Below are positions 18,502 through 26,502 of a DNA stretch of 64,000 nt, piece after piece; positions within the stretch are counted from its first letter, which is position 1; every line of letters starts with the position of its first letter. A program made the position numbers and the translations under genes. A model generated the notes under the pieces. That model searched no databases and was not told the DNA's origin. It worked only from the letters and a program-made list of their open reading frames with translations. The stretch comes from Myxococcales bacterium (GTDB lineage Bacteria; Myxococcota_A; UBA9160; UBA4427): positions 69,646-133,645 of the forward strand of contig DUCN01000098.1 in assembly GCA_012959805.1 (NCBI GenBank). The letters are read 5' to 3'.

Positions 18502-18837
18502 CTAGCCTTCCAACAATCCGGCATCATCCGCATCGAGCGTGCCGCGACGCCGGATGCGAGCCATGACGACGCCCAGCCCCACTGCGATTTGCAGACAACA
18601 GATGGTGACGACACCGAGCACCAACACGCCGCTCATCGCCGCTTCGTCAGGCGTCGCCCGACCAAGACCAAAGCCGATGACCACCATTGCCACCGAAACC
18701 CAGGCAAATAGAACACCCACCAGCATCCCGACCAGACTTCTGCGCCAGAGCAGACCCAGCATGCCGATCCAGAAGAGCGCGGCTCCACCGATCACCAACA
18801 CTGAACTCGTCGACGCGATCATTCCAGGCTCACCCAC
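18502..18837 (-). CDS. complex I subunit K-like protein (divergent)
   Basis: 111 aa, 3 TM helices. LFWIGMLGLLWRRSLVGML aligns to NuoK LF.LG..GL..RRNL..ML. C-terminal ..AVGLG..M.R. Confidence 0.75.
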   Translation of the reverse strand: MGEPGMIASTSSVLVIGGAALFWIGMLGLLWRRSLVGMLVGVLFAWVSVAMVVIGFGLGRATPDEAAMSGVLVLGVVTICCLQIAVGLGVVMARIRRRGTLDADDAGLLEG

Positions 18838-19347
18838 CTAGTTGTTCCCCTCGTCGTCCTGAAGCAGCAACATGGTCGCGAGTAGTCCCCCGGCGATCAG
18901 AAACCCCAGTAGCTGCACCAACTCCTGGAGCGGGCCAAAAAGAAGTCGGCCAATGCCCGCTGAATCGATGAGAAAACCATGCGGCGCGAAAGGCGTGAAT
19001 TCGCCGACCGCCGAAACAGAATCGATCAGCAGAGCCAGACCTCCAGCAAGAAACAGAAAGGCGATGGCTCTCGCCAGAGAGGTCGGCCGATCCGTTGCGG
19101 GCAGATGATCCCGATCCACGTCGACTAACATCCAACCAAAGAGCTGAATGATACCGAGCGACAGGGTCGCCAGGATCATGACCGCATGACCGACGAATCC
19201 GGAACCTGCGAAAAGAAGGGTGAAGGCCATCGCCGCGACGAAGACGAAGGCAGCGGCGATCTGACGAGTCAGATTTCGACCCACGACGATCGAAACGAAT
19301 GCCGCAACGAGCGCAATCACGAGGGCGCTGAGCATCGCGATGCTCAT
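18838..19347 (-). CDS. complex I subunit J-like protein (divergent)
   Basis: 169 aa, 5 TM helices. General NuoJ layout, including the C-terminal GRLLFGP...LLGFLIAGGLLA segment. Directly abuts the K-like and H-like genes. Confidence 0.65.
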   Translation of the reverse strand: MSIAMLSALVIALVAAFVSIVVGRNLTRQIAAAFVFVAAMAFTLLFAGSGFVGHAVMILATLSLGIIQLFGWMLVDVDRDHLPATDRPTSLARAIAFLFLAGGLALLIDSVSAVGEFTPFAPHGFLIDSAGIGRLLFGPLQELVQLLGFLIAGGLLATMLLLQDDEGNN

Positions 19348-20616
19348 TTAGCCGCCTCCTAACAGCATCTGCGAGAGCTGGTTAGGAGACCCTTGTACGA
19401 ATAATGAAGTCGCCGAGACCAGAAGAAGGTTCGCCCAGGCCAGCGGAAGGAGACGAAAGGCGACGAGCCGTGTTCGCTGGTCGTCGCGTAGATTCGCCAT
19501 CGATCTGCGAAACATGCCGTCCGCGATGAGAACAAACACGAGCTTTCCAAAGAAGACACCGATCCCAATCCCAACGGCCAGAAAAGCGGGGAGCGCAAAA
19601 CCAACGTGGGGCGCCAAGCGATCGACGACGTCACCGATTCGAAGAAAAGGGATGGCACCTGCGCCGAGAAAGAGTGAAACGAAAAGTGCCGCAGCGAAGA
19701 CTCGGGCGAGGCGCGCCTCCAGCCGCCCCCAATAGAGGTCGACGGGATCATGATCGAGACCAAAGCCAGCAAGGCAGACACTTCCGGTTTCCGGGTTCGC
19801 AACCCAGGACCGCCGAGTCAGCCCATAAAGGGCCAGCCAAAACAACAACGCGGTCAACGGCTGAACGAAAATATTCCATCGCGGCCAGCGGAGATCGCGG
19901 ATCCAATCGAAGACTTGGCCCGACAAGACTTTGGGAAGCCAGAAGAGTGGCGAAAATGTTGAGTTTTGTGCGGCCACAATATTCTGGAGCCGGGCCTCGG
20001 GCTGTGAGGAGGCCGTCATCGCAACGATCTCCGACGCAATCGCTCGATCCGTCAGCCCCGACATGTCCGAAATGGAAGTCACTGCGAGCGGGGCAGTCAC
20101 GAGGATGAGGAGCCCCAGACCGGCCAGGGTTTGGCTCGCAATCCCGACGCTTCCGAGCCGGGACCACGGACTTCGATCCGCCAGTCCGATGCCCACCTGC
20201 GCGAATCCCATCAAGAGGAGCAAGAAGACAATCGCAATCAAACCATGATCGAGATCGGCAACGATCAAAGGACGCCCCGCCGCGCGACCACCCCAGGTTC
20301 CCGCAAAGGGAATCAGAGCAAGTCCACTCGCGAACGCGACGCATGAAATCAATCGGCCGATCCGTCGCAGCCAGGCGGACTGATCAAGCACCCGGGTTCT
20401 CGACCGCACCATCCGAGCGACACCGGCCAGGCCGCGCGCAACCAGGGAAACGACTGGCGGGCGATCCGCATCAAAACCCCAGGCCGCGCGGGGCGCCGAC
20501 CAGCGACCTCGCCTAGTCGAATGGGCGAGTCGACCCCGCCGTTCCAACACAGCGCAGGCGACTAACGCGAGCAACACGATGCCCACCCAGAGGATCGCCA
20601 TCCCCACGCCGATCAT
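19348..20616 (-). CDS. complex I subunit H-like protein (highly divergent, ~100 aa longer than NuoH)
   Basis: Blocks LERR, IVADLDHG, ..WSRLGSVGIASQTL.., FRRSMANLRDDQ...RLLPLAWANLL align to NuoH (GERR, VADLN.G, KYSLLGA.RA.AQTLSYE, R...PR.RYDQ...K..LPL.L.NL). Confidence 0.7.
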   Translation of the reverse strand: MIGVGMAILWVGIVLLALVACAVLERRGRLAHSTRRGRWSAPRAAWGFDADRPPVVSLVARGLAGVARMVRSRTRVLDQSAWLRRIGRLISCVAFASGLALIPFAGTWGGRAAGRPLIVADLDHGLIAIVFLLLLMGFAQVGIGLADRSPWSRLGSVGIASQTLAGLGLLILVTAPLAVTSISDMSGLTDRAIASEIVAMTASSQPEARLQNIVAAQNSTFSPLFWLPKVLSGQVFDWIRDLRWPRWNIFVQPLTALLFWLALYGLTRRSWVANPETGSVCLAGFGLDHDPVDLYWGRLEARLARVFAAALFVSLFLGAGAIPFLRIGDVVDRLAPHVGFALPAFLAVGIGIGVFFGKLVFVLIADGMFRRSMANLRDDQRTRLVAFRLLPLAWANLLLVSATSLFVQGSPNQLSQMLLGGG

Positions 20617-21083
20617 CGCGACGACTCCCGCTGACGTGCGTGCAGCGCAACGACGAAGGTCGGCAAGACGAGCCCGATCGAAACCTGTAGAGCAGACAGT
20701 CCCAGCATTCGAATCGCACTGACACCTGGCAGGACCAGGATCGCGAGAACGCAGACCAGCGCGGTCGTGATCAGGGTTCGATGCTGCAAGACCGCTTGCC
20801 GGGGCGAGCGCAGGGATTTCAGTGAGGAACCAAAGGCGACCGGCTCAAGATCGATCGGATGCCGTGCAGAAGCCGGCAGCTGCCGCCGAATCACCCAGAC
20901 CAGCGCGGGCGTGGTCATCGCACAGACAAGGATCAAGACCAAAAGAGTCAGCCAGCCCAGCGGCGCAAACGAAGCCGTCGCCGGGTCTACATTTTCGATC
21001 ATCGAAGGAAAGGACTCGGCGAGCATCCGTGCCATCCGCGTGCCGTCCGCCAAATCGACGGCGGGGTCATCCTTTGAGGCCAC
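20613..21083 (-). CDS. first gene of the operon: 3-TM membrane protein, tentatively NuoA-like
   Basis: 156 aa with three hydrophobic helices, in the operon position of nuoA. The similarity is weak and the FDVE-type motif is absent. 4-nt overlap with the H-like gene. Confidence 0.45.
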   Translation of the reverse strand: MASKDDPAVDLADGTRMARMLAESFPSMIENVDPATASFAPLGWLTLLVLILVCAMTTPALVWVIRRQLPASARHPIDLEPVAFGSSLKSLRSPRQAVLQHRTLITTALVCVLAILVLPGVSAIRMLGLSALQVSIGLVLPTFVVALHARQRESSR

Positions 21084-21166
21084 TCTGGGGCCCCGAAGGG
21101 AGTCGCAAGAGTAGCCGTAGCCCCCCAGAACGTCAACGAAATTCGGATTCGCGAGTGTGTTCGCAA

Positions 21167-22255
21167 ATGTTTTCGGAAGGCGGTGTCACTGGGGTCGGCG
21201 GTGTTAGAGTCCCCGCCGTGAGTACACCGACCGCAGTTCTCGGCGCCGGCAGCTTCGGCACGTGTCTGGCCATGCTCTGTGCCCGCGCCCACGACGTCAA
21301 ACTCTGGAGCCGGCGTCCCGATGTGGCCGAGGCCATCAATCGAGATCGCCGAAATCCCCGCTATCTCTCCGAATTCGCTTTGCCCGATCGCGTCGAGGCC
21401 ACCGCCGACCTGCGCGACGCACTCGCCGGCCGCGAACTCGTCATCATCGCGGTGCCCAGCCATTCTTTGCGCGAAGTCATGACCGAGGCCGCACCCTTCA
21501 TCGAAGAAGGCGCGATCATCGTCTCGGCGGTCAAGGGCGTCGAGTTTGAAACGGGACTCACCATGAACGGAGTCTTTCGAGAAGTTCTCGACGTTGCACA
21601 CCATCCCCGCCTCGTCGCACTCTCGGGCCCGTCCTTCGCAGCGGAAATTGCCCAACGCCTACCCACCGTAGTGACCGTGGCCTGCCGTGAAGAGGCCTAT
21701 GCCATCTCGGTTCAGGCGACGCTGTCTTGTCCATGGTTTCGCTGTTACACGCATACGGATGTGATCGGGGTGGAGACGGCGGGCGCGCTCAAGAATGTCA
21801 TCGCCATCGCCGTCGGCATGTCCGATGGAACGGACAGCGGACTCAATGCACGGGCCGCCTTGATGACACGCGGACTCGCGGAGATCACGCGAATCGGAGT
21901 GGCCCAGGGTGCGGAAGCGGAAACCTTTCTCGGGCTCTCGGGAATGGGTGATCTCTTGTTGACGTGCACCGGGGACCTCTCCCGAAATCGGCGCGTGGGG
22001 CTCGGCCTTGGACGCGGCCGGAAGCTGGCGGAAATCCAGGCGGAGCTCGGCGAGGTGGCCGAGGGCATTGCAACAACCCGAGCGGCGGTTCGTCTGGCCG
22101 AGCGGCTCCGAGTCGAGGCTCCCATCTGCCAGCTGGTGCGGGCGGTCATCGACGGGGAACGCACGCCCCGCGAAGCGGGGCTATCACTCATGACTCGGCA
22201 GCTGCGAAGTGAGCGGGATCGCGGACCCCGAGTCAGAAAATCCGGTGGCCCATGA
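21167..22255 (+). CDS. gpsA: NAD(P)H-dependent glycerol-3-phosphate dehydrogenase
   Basis: AVLGAGSFGTCLA Rossmann start, RNPRYL, GALKNVIAIA, GDLLLTCTG..SRNRRVG. The ORF-track start at 20822 is an Arg/Pro-rich artefact; a GTG at 21218 is an alternative start. Confidence 0.9.
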   Translation: MFSEGGVTGVGGVRVPAVSTPTAVLGAGSFGTCLAMLCARAHDVKLWSRRPDVAEAINRDRRNPRYLSEFALPDRVEATADLRDALAGRELVIIAVPSHSLREVMTEAAPFIEEGAIIVSAVKGVEFETGLTMNGVFREVLDVAHHPRLVALSGPSFAAEIAQRLPTVVTVACREEAYAISVQATLSCPWFRCYTHTDVIGVETAGALKNVIAIAVGMSDGTDSGLNARAALMTRGLAEITRIGVAQGAEAETFLGLSGMGDLLLTCTGDLSRNRRVGLGLGRGRKLAEIQAELGEVAEGIATTRAAVRLAERLRVEAPICQLVRAVIDGERTPREAGLSLMTRQLRSERDRGPRVRKSGGP

Positions 22256-22320
22256 ACGAGAACGTGATCGCAAAGTTGGATTTTTAGCCACCAAACAAGC
22301 GAAACTCAATAAAATCGCTA

Positions 22321-22354
22321 ACTTTCGTGTTTACTGGAAACGACTTTCGTTTTC
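22321..22354. promoter_or_regulatory. candidate operator upstream of feoAB
   Basis: AT-rich island. Direct repeat ACTTTCGTGTTT (22321-22332) / ACTTTCGTTTT (22343-22353). Imperfect palindrome GAAACGA-CTT-TCGTTTT (22337-22353), about 30 nt before the feoA ATG. Confidence 0.3.
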
Positions 22355-22380
22355 AAAATAGACCCACGACAGATTCTGAA

Positions 22381-22692
22381 ATGCCCGAAACGCAGTCTTC
22401 TGAAATCAGATCCCTCGACCAGATTCCGAATGGCGAATTCGTTGAGGTGGTGGAAGTGGTCGGGGTGATGGAAGTCGCCGAAGCAGCCGACGCCCACACG
22501 CCTGGAGACGATCCCATCGCACGACGTCTCGACGACCTCGGCGTCCGCAAGGGCACTCAGATCGAGGTCATCCGGCGGGCACCACTAGGCGACCCGACCA
22601 TCTATGAGCTCTGCAATTATCAGCTCTGCCTACGCCGAACCGAGAGCGCTCGGATTCTCGTCCGCCTGCTCGCAAAGCCCGATCGCTCATGA
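22381..22692 (+). CDS. feoA: ferrous iron transport protein A
   Basis: SH3-like FeoA pattern: LDQIPNGEFVEVVEV ... LGVRKGTQIEVIRRAPLGDPTIYEL. 4-nt overlap with feoB. Confidence 0.85.
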   Translation: MPETQSSEIRSLDQIPNGEFVEVVEVVGVMEVAEAADAHTPGDDPIARRLDDLGVRKGTQIEVIRRAPLGDPTIYELCNYQLCLRRTESARILVRLLAKPDRS

Positions 22693-24626
22693 CGAGTTCC
22701 GCGATTCCCAACGGCCTTTCCAATTCTGCGAGCCCGCTCGTCTTCGGACTCCTCGGTAGTCCGAACGCCGGGAAGACAACCCTCTTCAATGCGTTGACCG
22801 GTCTGCGTGCGAAGGTCGGCAATTACCCGGGCGTCACGGTTGAACGCCGCGAAGGCGAGGTCAGCTTGGGGCGGGGTGATTCCCGCGCTCTGCTGATCGA
22901 CCTGCCCGGCACCTACGGCCTCACGCCGATCAGCGCCGACGAAGCCGTCGTGAACGATGTCCTGTCGGGGAGCGCAGTCGGCGTAGCGCGACCCGACGCG
23001 CTGATCCTGGTCGCCGATGCCTGCTCGCTTTCGCGAAGCCTCCCCTTCATCGGCCAGGCCATTTCGCTCGGGATGCAAACCTGTGTCGTCCTGACGATGC
23101 TCGATGAATTGGCGGCACGCGGCGGAAGCCTCGACATCCAGCGGTTGGAGGCTTCTCTGGGCGTTCCCGTGGTTGGTGTCGTGGGCCATCGTGGCCGGGG
23201 CATCGATGCCCTGCGACAACTACTCGGGGATCCGGCAGGCTGGTCACGGCCGGCCATTGATGCTCCCCAGGACCGAGCGGAACGCACCGGCTGGGCAAAT
23301 TCGATCGCCGAGAACGTCATCACACAGCGGCCGGCGCGCCATCAACTGACCGAACGCGTCGACCGGGTCGTGCTTCATCCCGTCTGGGGCTCGCTGCTTT
23401 TCCTCGCGGTGATGGTGCTCTTCTTCCAGCTGATCTTTACCTGGGCCAGTCCCGCCATGGATGCGATCGATGGCCTGATTACCGCGCTCGCGAGTCTCGC
23501 GCGGGACGCGCTGCCAGCCGGATGGATCGCAGATCTCGTCGCGGACGGATTGGTCGCCGGGGTAGGCTCGGTCGTCATCTTTCTGCCACAGATCATCATC
23601 CTCTTCGCACTTCTCTATCTGCTCGAAGATCTCGGGTATATGGCCCGGGCAGCATTCGTCGTCGATCGCCTGATGGGGCGAATCGGGCTCGAGGGACGCT
23701 CCTTCGTGGCGCTGCTCTCCTCCTATGCCTGCGCGGTTCCCGGCATCATGGCCACCCGCACGATCCCCTCCCCTCGCGACCGCCTCGTCACGATTCTCGT
23801 TGCCCCACTCATGACCTGTTCCGCACGGCTTCCCGTCTACGCCTTGCTGATCAGCGCCTTCGTTCCCGAGCGCTCGGTCTGGGGTCCGATCGGATTACAG
23901 GGTCTCATCCTGCTCGGGTTGTATGTGGCTGGCGCAGTCGCGGCGTTGATCGTGGCCGCACTCTTCAAGAAGACGTTGATCCGCGGGGACGGTCTGCCCT
24001 TTACGATGGAGCTGCCGACCTATCGATGGCCCACCGGCCGTGTCTGGCTTTCCCAGGTCGTGGGCAGCGCCTGGGCTTTCATCCGCCGTGCGGGCACGAT
24101 CATCCTCGCGGCCTCGATCATTCTCTGGGTCCTGCTCAACTTTCCCAAGGTCGAGATCCCCGCCCATCTCGATGAAAGTGCAGCAAGCGCCTACGCCCTC
24201 GAATACAGCGCTGCAGGACGAATCGGACATGCAATCGAGCCCGCCATCGCACCGCTGGGCTTTGATTGGAAGATCGGCGTGGGCCTGATCGCCAGCCTCG
24301 CCGCTCGGGAAATCCTGGTCGCGACCCTCGCACAGGTCTATGCGACCGATGGCGAAGAAGGTGAATCCCTTCGTGAAGCCTTGCGCAACGATCGCGATCC
24401 CGAGACGGGAAATCTGGTCTTCACTCCGGCGACGGTGGGCGCGCTGCTCGTCTTCTTCGTGTTCGCGCTGCAATGCACATCGACGCTTGCGATCATGCGC
24501 CGCGAAACGAATTCCTGGCGCTGGCCAGCCTTCGCCTTCGCTTACCTCTTCGTCCTCGCCTACACCGCGAGTTTCGTGACTCACCGCGTGATCACCGCAC
24601 TGGGCGGGACCGATTGGGTATCCTGA
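22689..24626 (+). CDS. feoB: ferrous iron transporter B
   Basis: N-terminal G-domain GSPNAGKTTLFNALTG, DLPGTY, followed by a polytopic membrane domain with the gate motifs. Confidence 0.95.
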   Translation: MTSSAIPNGLSNSASPLVFGLLGSPNAGKTTLFNALTGLRAKVGNYPGVTVERREGEVSLGRGDSRALLIDLPGTYGLTPISADEAVVNDVLSGSAVGVARPDALILVADACSLSRSLPFIGQAISLGMQTCVVLTMLDELAARGGSLDIQRLEASLGVPVVGVVGHRGRGIDALRQLLGDPAGWSRPAIDAPQDRAERTGWANSIAENVITQRPARHQLTERVDRVVLHPVWGSLLFLAVMVLFFQLIFTWASPAMDAIDGLITALASLARDALPAGWIADLVADGLVAGVGSVVIFLPQIIILFALLYLLEDLGYMARAAFVVDRLMGRIGLEGRSFVALLSSYACAVPGIMATRTIPSPRDRLVTILVAPLMTCSARLPVYALLISAFVPERSVWGPIGLQGLILLGLYVAGAVAALIVAALFKKTLIRGDGLPFTMELPTYRWPTGRVWLSQVVGSAWAFIRRAGTIILAASIILWVLLNFPKVEIPAHLDESAASAYALEYSAAGRIGHAIEPAIAPLGFDWKIGVGLIASLAAREILVATLAQVYATDGEEGESLREALRNDRDPETGNLVFTPATVGALLVFFVFALQCTSTLAIMRRETNSWRWPAFAFAYLFVLAYTASFVTHRVITALGGTDWVS

Positions 24627-24778
24627 CCCCAGGGTCATCAAACGCTCGGTCATTCATCTAGCGTTCGTCCCAACTCCCAAGCTCTACGAAGCCGCCCGCC
24701 GACGAGGGAATCAGAGTTTGCCCAGTCGACGTTAGGCGTGTTCTTAATAATTGGTGGGCACGATAGTAGTCTTGATGC

Positions 24779-26434
24779 TCATGTGTTCTCCGTCGGCGAA
24801 GAGGCCAGGCGAACTTCCTCGCCCTGCGCGGCCGCCACGATCGCATCCTCCGCACGCGCGAAGATGTGGTCTTCATCCACCGCTCCGGGAGCCACGCCGA
24901 GGCGCGTGAGAAGATCCCTCGGCTCTTCATGCAGCTCGGCGATGTAGATCTCCGTGCCTGCTTCAGTCATTTCTGTGATCAAGTCGGCCAGCGTATAGAC
25001 ACCTGATTGATCGAGATAGCGCACGTCCCCCATGTGCAACACGACGACCCGCGCATCCTTCATCCCACCGAGCTTGCGCTGGAGGGGACCCGCGTTGCCG
25101 AAGAAGAGAGAGCCATGGATTTCCACGACGTAGATCCCCGAGAGCACCTCTTCCGGCGTCTCCAGATCCGGGATCCATGGCCGGTGCGCCGCAATGTCAA
25201 GCAGAGGAGAATGGGTCGCAGGATCAATGTCGCTCAGTCGCTTGAGCAGAATCATACTCGCCATGACCATGCCGACGGCGACCGCCCACATCAAGTCGAC
25301 AAAGACAGTCAGACCGAAAACCGTGAGCATGACCGCCGCGTCGCCACGTGGAGCACGACTAACATGGCCCAGGCCTTTGGTGTCGACAATACCGATGCCG
25401 ACTGTAATCAAGATGCCTGCCAGGACGGCCATTGGGATCTCGGACGCGAGCGGTCCGAGCGCCAACAGGATGGCCAGAAGCAGAACTGAATGAATGATTC
25501 CAGAAAGATGGGTCTCGCCACCGGAACGGACATTGACGACGGTGCGCATCGTGGCGCCGGCGCCGGGCAGACCACCAATCAATCCGGCCACGATATTCCC
25601 GATGCCCTGCCCCATCAGCTCACGTTCGCTGTCGTGACGTGTCTTGGTGACGGCGTCTGCGACGAGTGACGTCAAGAGCGAGTCGATGGCCCCGACAATG
25701 GCCAACATCAGCGCCGGGACCAGGATGATCTGGAACATCTCGAAGTCCCAACCCGGAATGCGCGGGACGGGGAGTCCGCGGGGAATCTCTCCAATGCGCG
25801 GAACTTCGATGCCCAGAAGGACCGAGCCCGCAGTCATGACGATGAGGGCAACCAGCGTACTGGGGACGACTCGAATGAGTCGCGGCGCGGTGTAAATGAT
25901 GCCGATCGTGCATAGGCCGAGGATCAGGGCTGAAGGATTGATATTCTGAAAGGCCTCGGGAATGTGTCGGAGCGCGGCCACCGTACCGCTGGCGGGTTTA
26001 TGCCCGAATAACTGCGCCAGTTGGAGGATGATGACGATCGCCCCGATTCCGCTCATGAAGCCAGAAACCACGGGATAGGGAACGTAATGGATATAGCGGC
26101 CGAGCCTCAGCAGTCCCATCAACACCTGAAGGACTCCAGAGAGCGCAACCATCGCGAAAACCCACGCGATGTCTCCGGTTAGAGCCCCGACGATGCCTGC
26201 GACCACGACGGTCATCGGGCCGGTGGGACCTGAAATCTGGGAAGGCGTTCCACCGAAGAGTGCGGCGAAGAATCCAACCGCAATCGCGCCATAGAGTCCC
26301 GCGGCGGCGCCGTTCTCGACACCCGAAGCAACACCGAAACCCAATGCAAGGGGCAATGCAACGACGCCGGCGGTCACACCACCGAAGATGTCTCCACGCA
26401 AGTTTCCGCAAAACCGCTGGGTGAACGAACTCAT
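24779..26434 (-). CDS. SulP-family inorganic anion transporter with C-terminal STAS domain
   Basis: Typical SulP N-terminus (DIFGGVTAGVVALPLALGFG.ASG), about 12 TM helices, and a STAS tail (VVLHMGDVRYLDQSG). Confidence 0.9.
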   Translation of the reverse strand: MSSFTQRFCGNLRGDIFGGVTAGVVALPLALGFGVASGVENGAAAGLYGAIAVGFFAALFGGTPSQISGPTGPMTVVVAGIVGALTGDIAWVFAMVALSGVLQVLMGLLRLGRYIHYVPYPVVSGFMSGIGAIVIILQLAQLFGHKPASGTVAALRHIPEAFQNINPSALILGLCTIGIIYTAPRLIRVVPSTLVALIVMTAGSVLLGIEVPRIGEIPRGLPVPRIPGWDFEMFQIILVPALMLAIVGAIDSLLTSLVADAVTKTRHDSERELMGQGIGNIVAGLIGGLPGAGATMRTVVNVRSGGETHLSGIIHSVLLLAILLALGPLASEIPMAVLAGILITVGIGIVDTKGLGHVSRAPRGDAAVMLTVFGLTVFVDLMWAVAVGMVMASMILLKRLSDIDPATHSPLLDIAAHRPWIPDLETPEEVLSGIYVVEIHGSLFFGNAGPLQRKLGGMKDARVVVLHMGDVRYLDQSGVYTLADLITEMTEAGTEIYIAELHEEPRDLLTRLGVAPGAVDEDHIFARAEDAIVAAAQGEEVRLASSPTENT

Positions 26435-26502
26435 AGTTTCCTGACTTTAGTACGGCTCTCCGAAAATTCTTTTCCGCCGTCCACTATTTTGACATCAGTC
26501 AC

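Noticed and set aside
20822-21166. A 115-codon N-terminal extension of gpsA, as listed in the ORF track (477 aa).
   Set aside because: The extension is Arg/Pro-rich and antisense to the first gene of the nuo-like operon. GpsA homology begins only at ..AVLGAGSFG.. shortly after the ATG at 21167.
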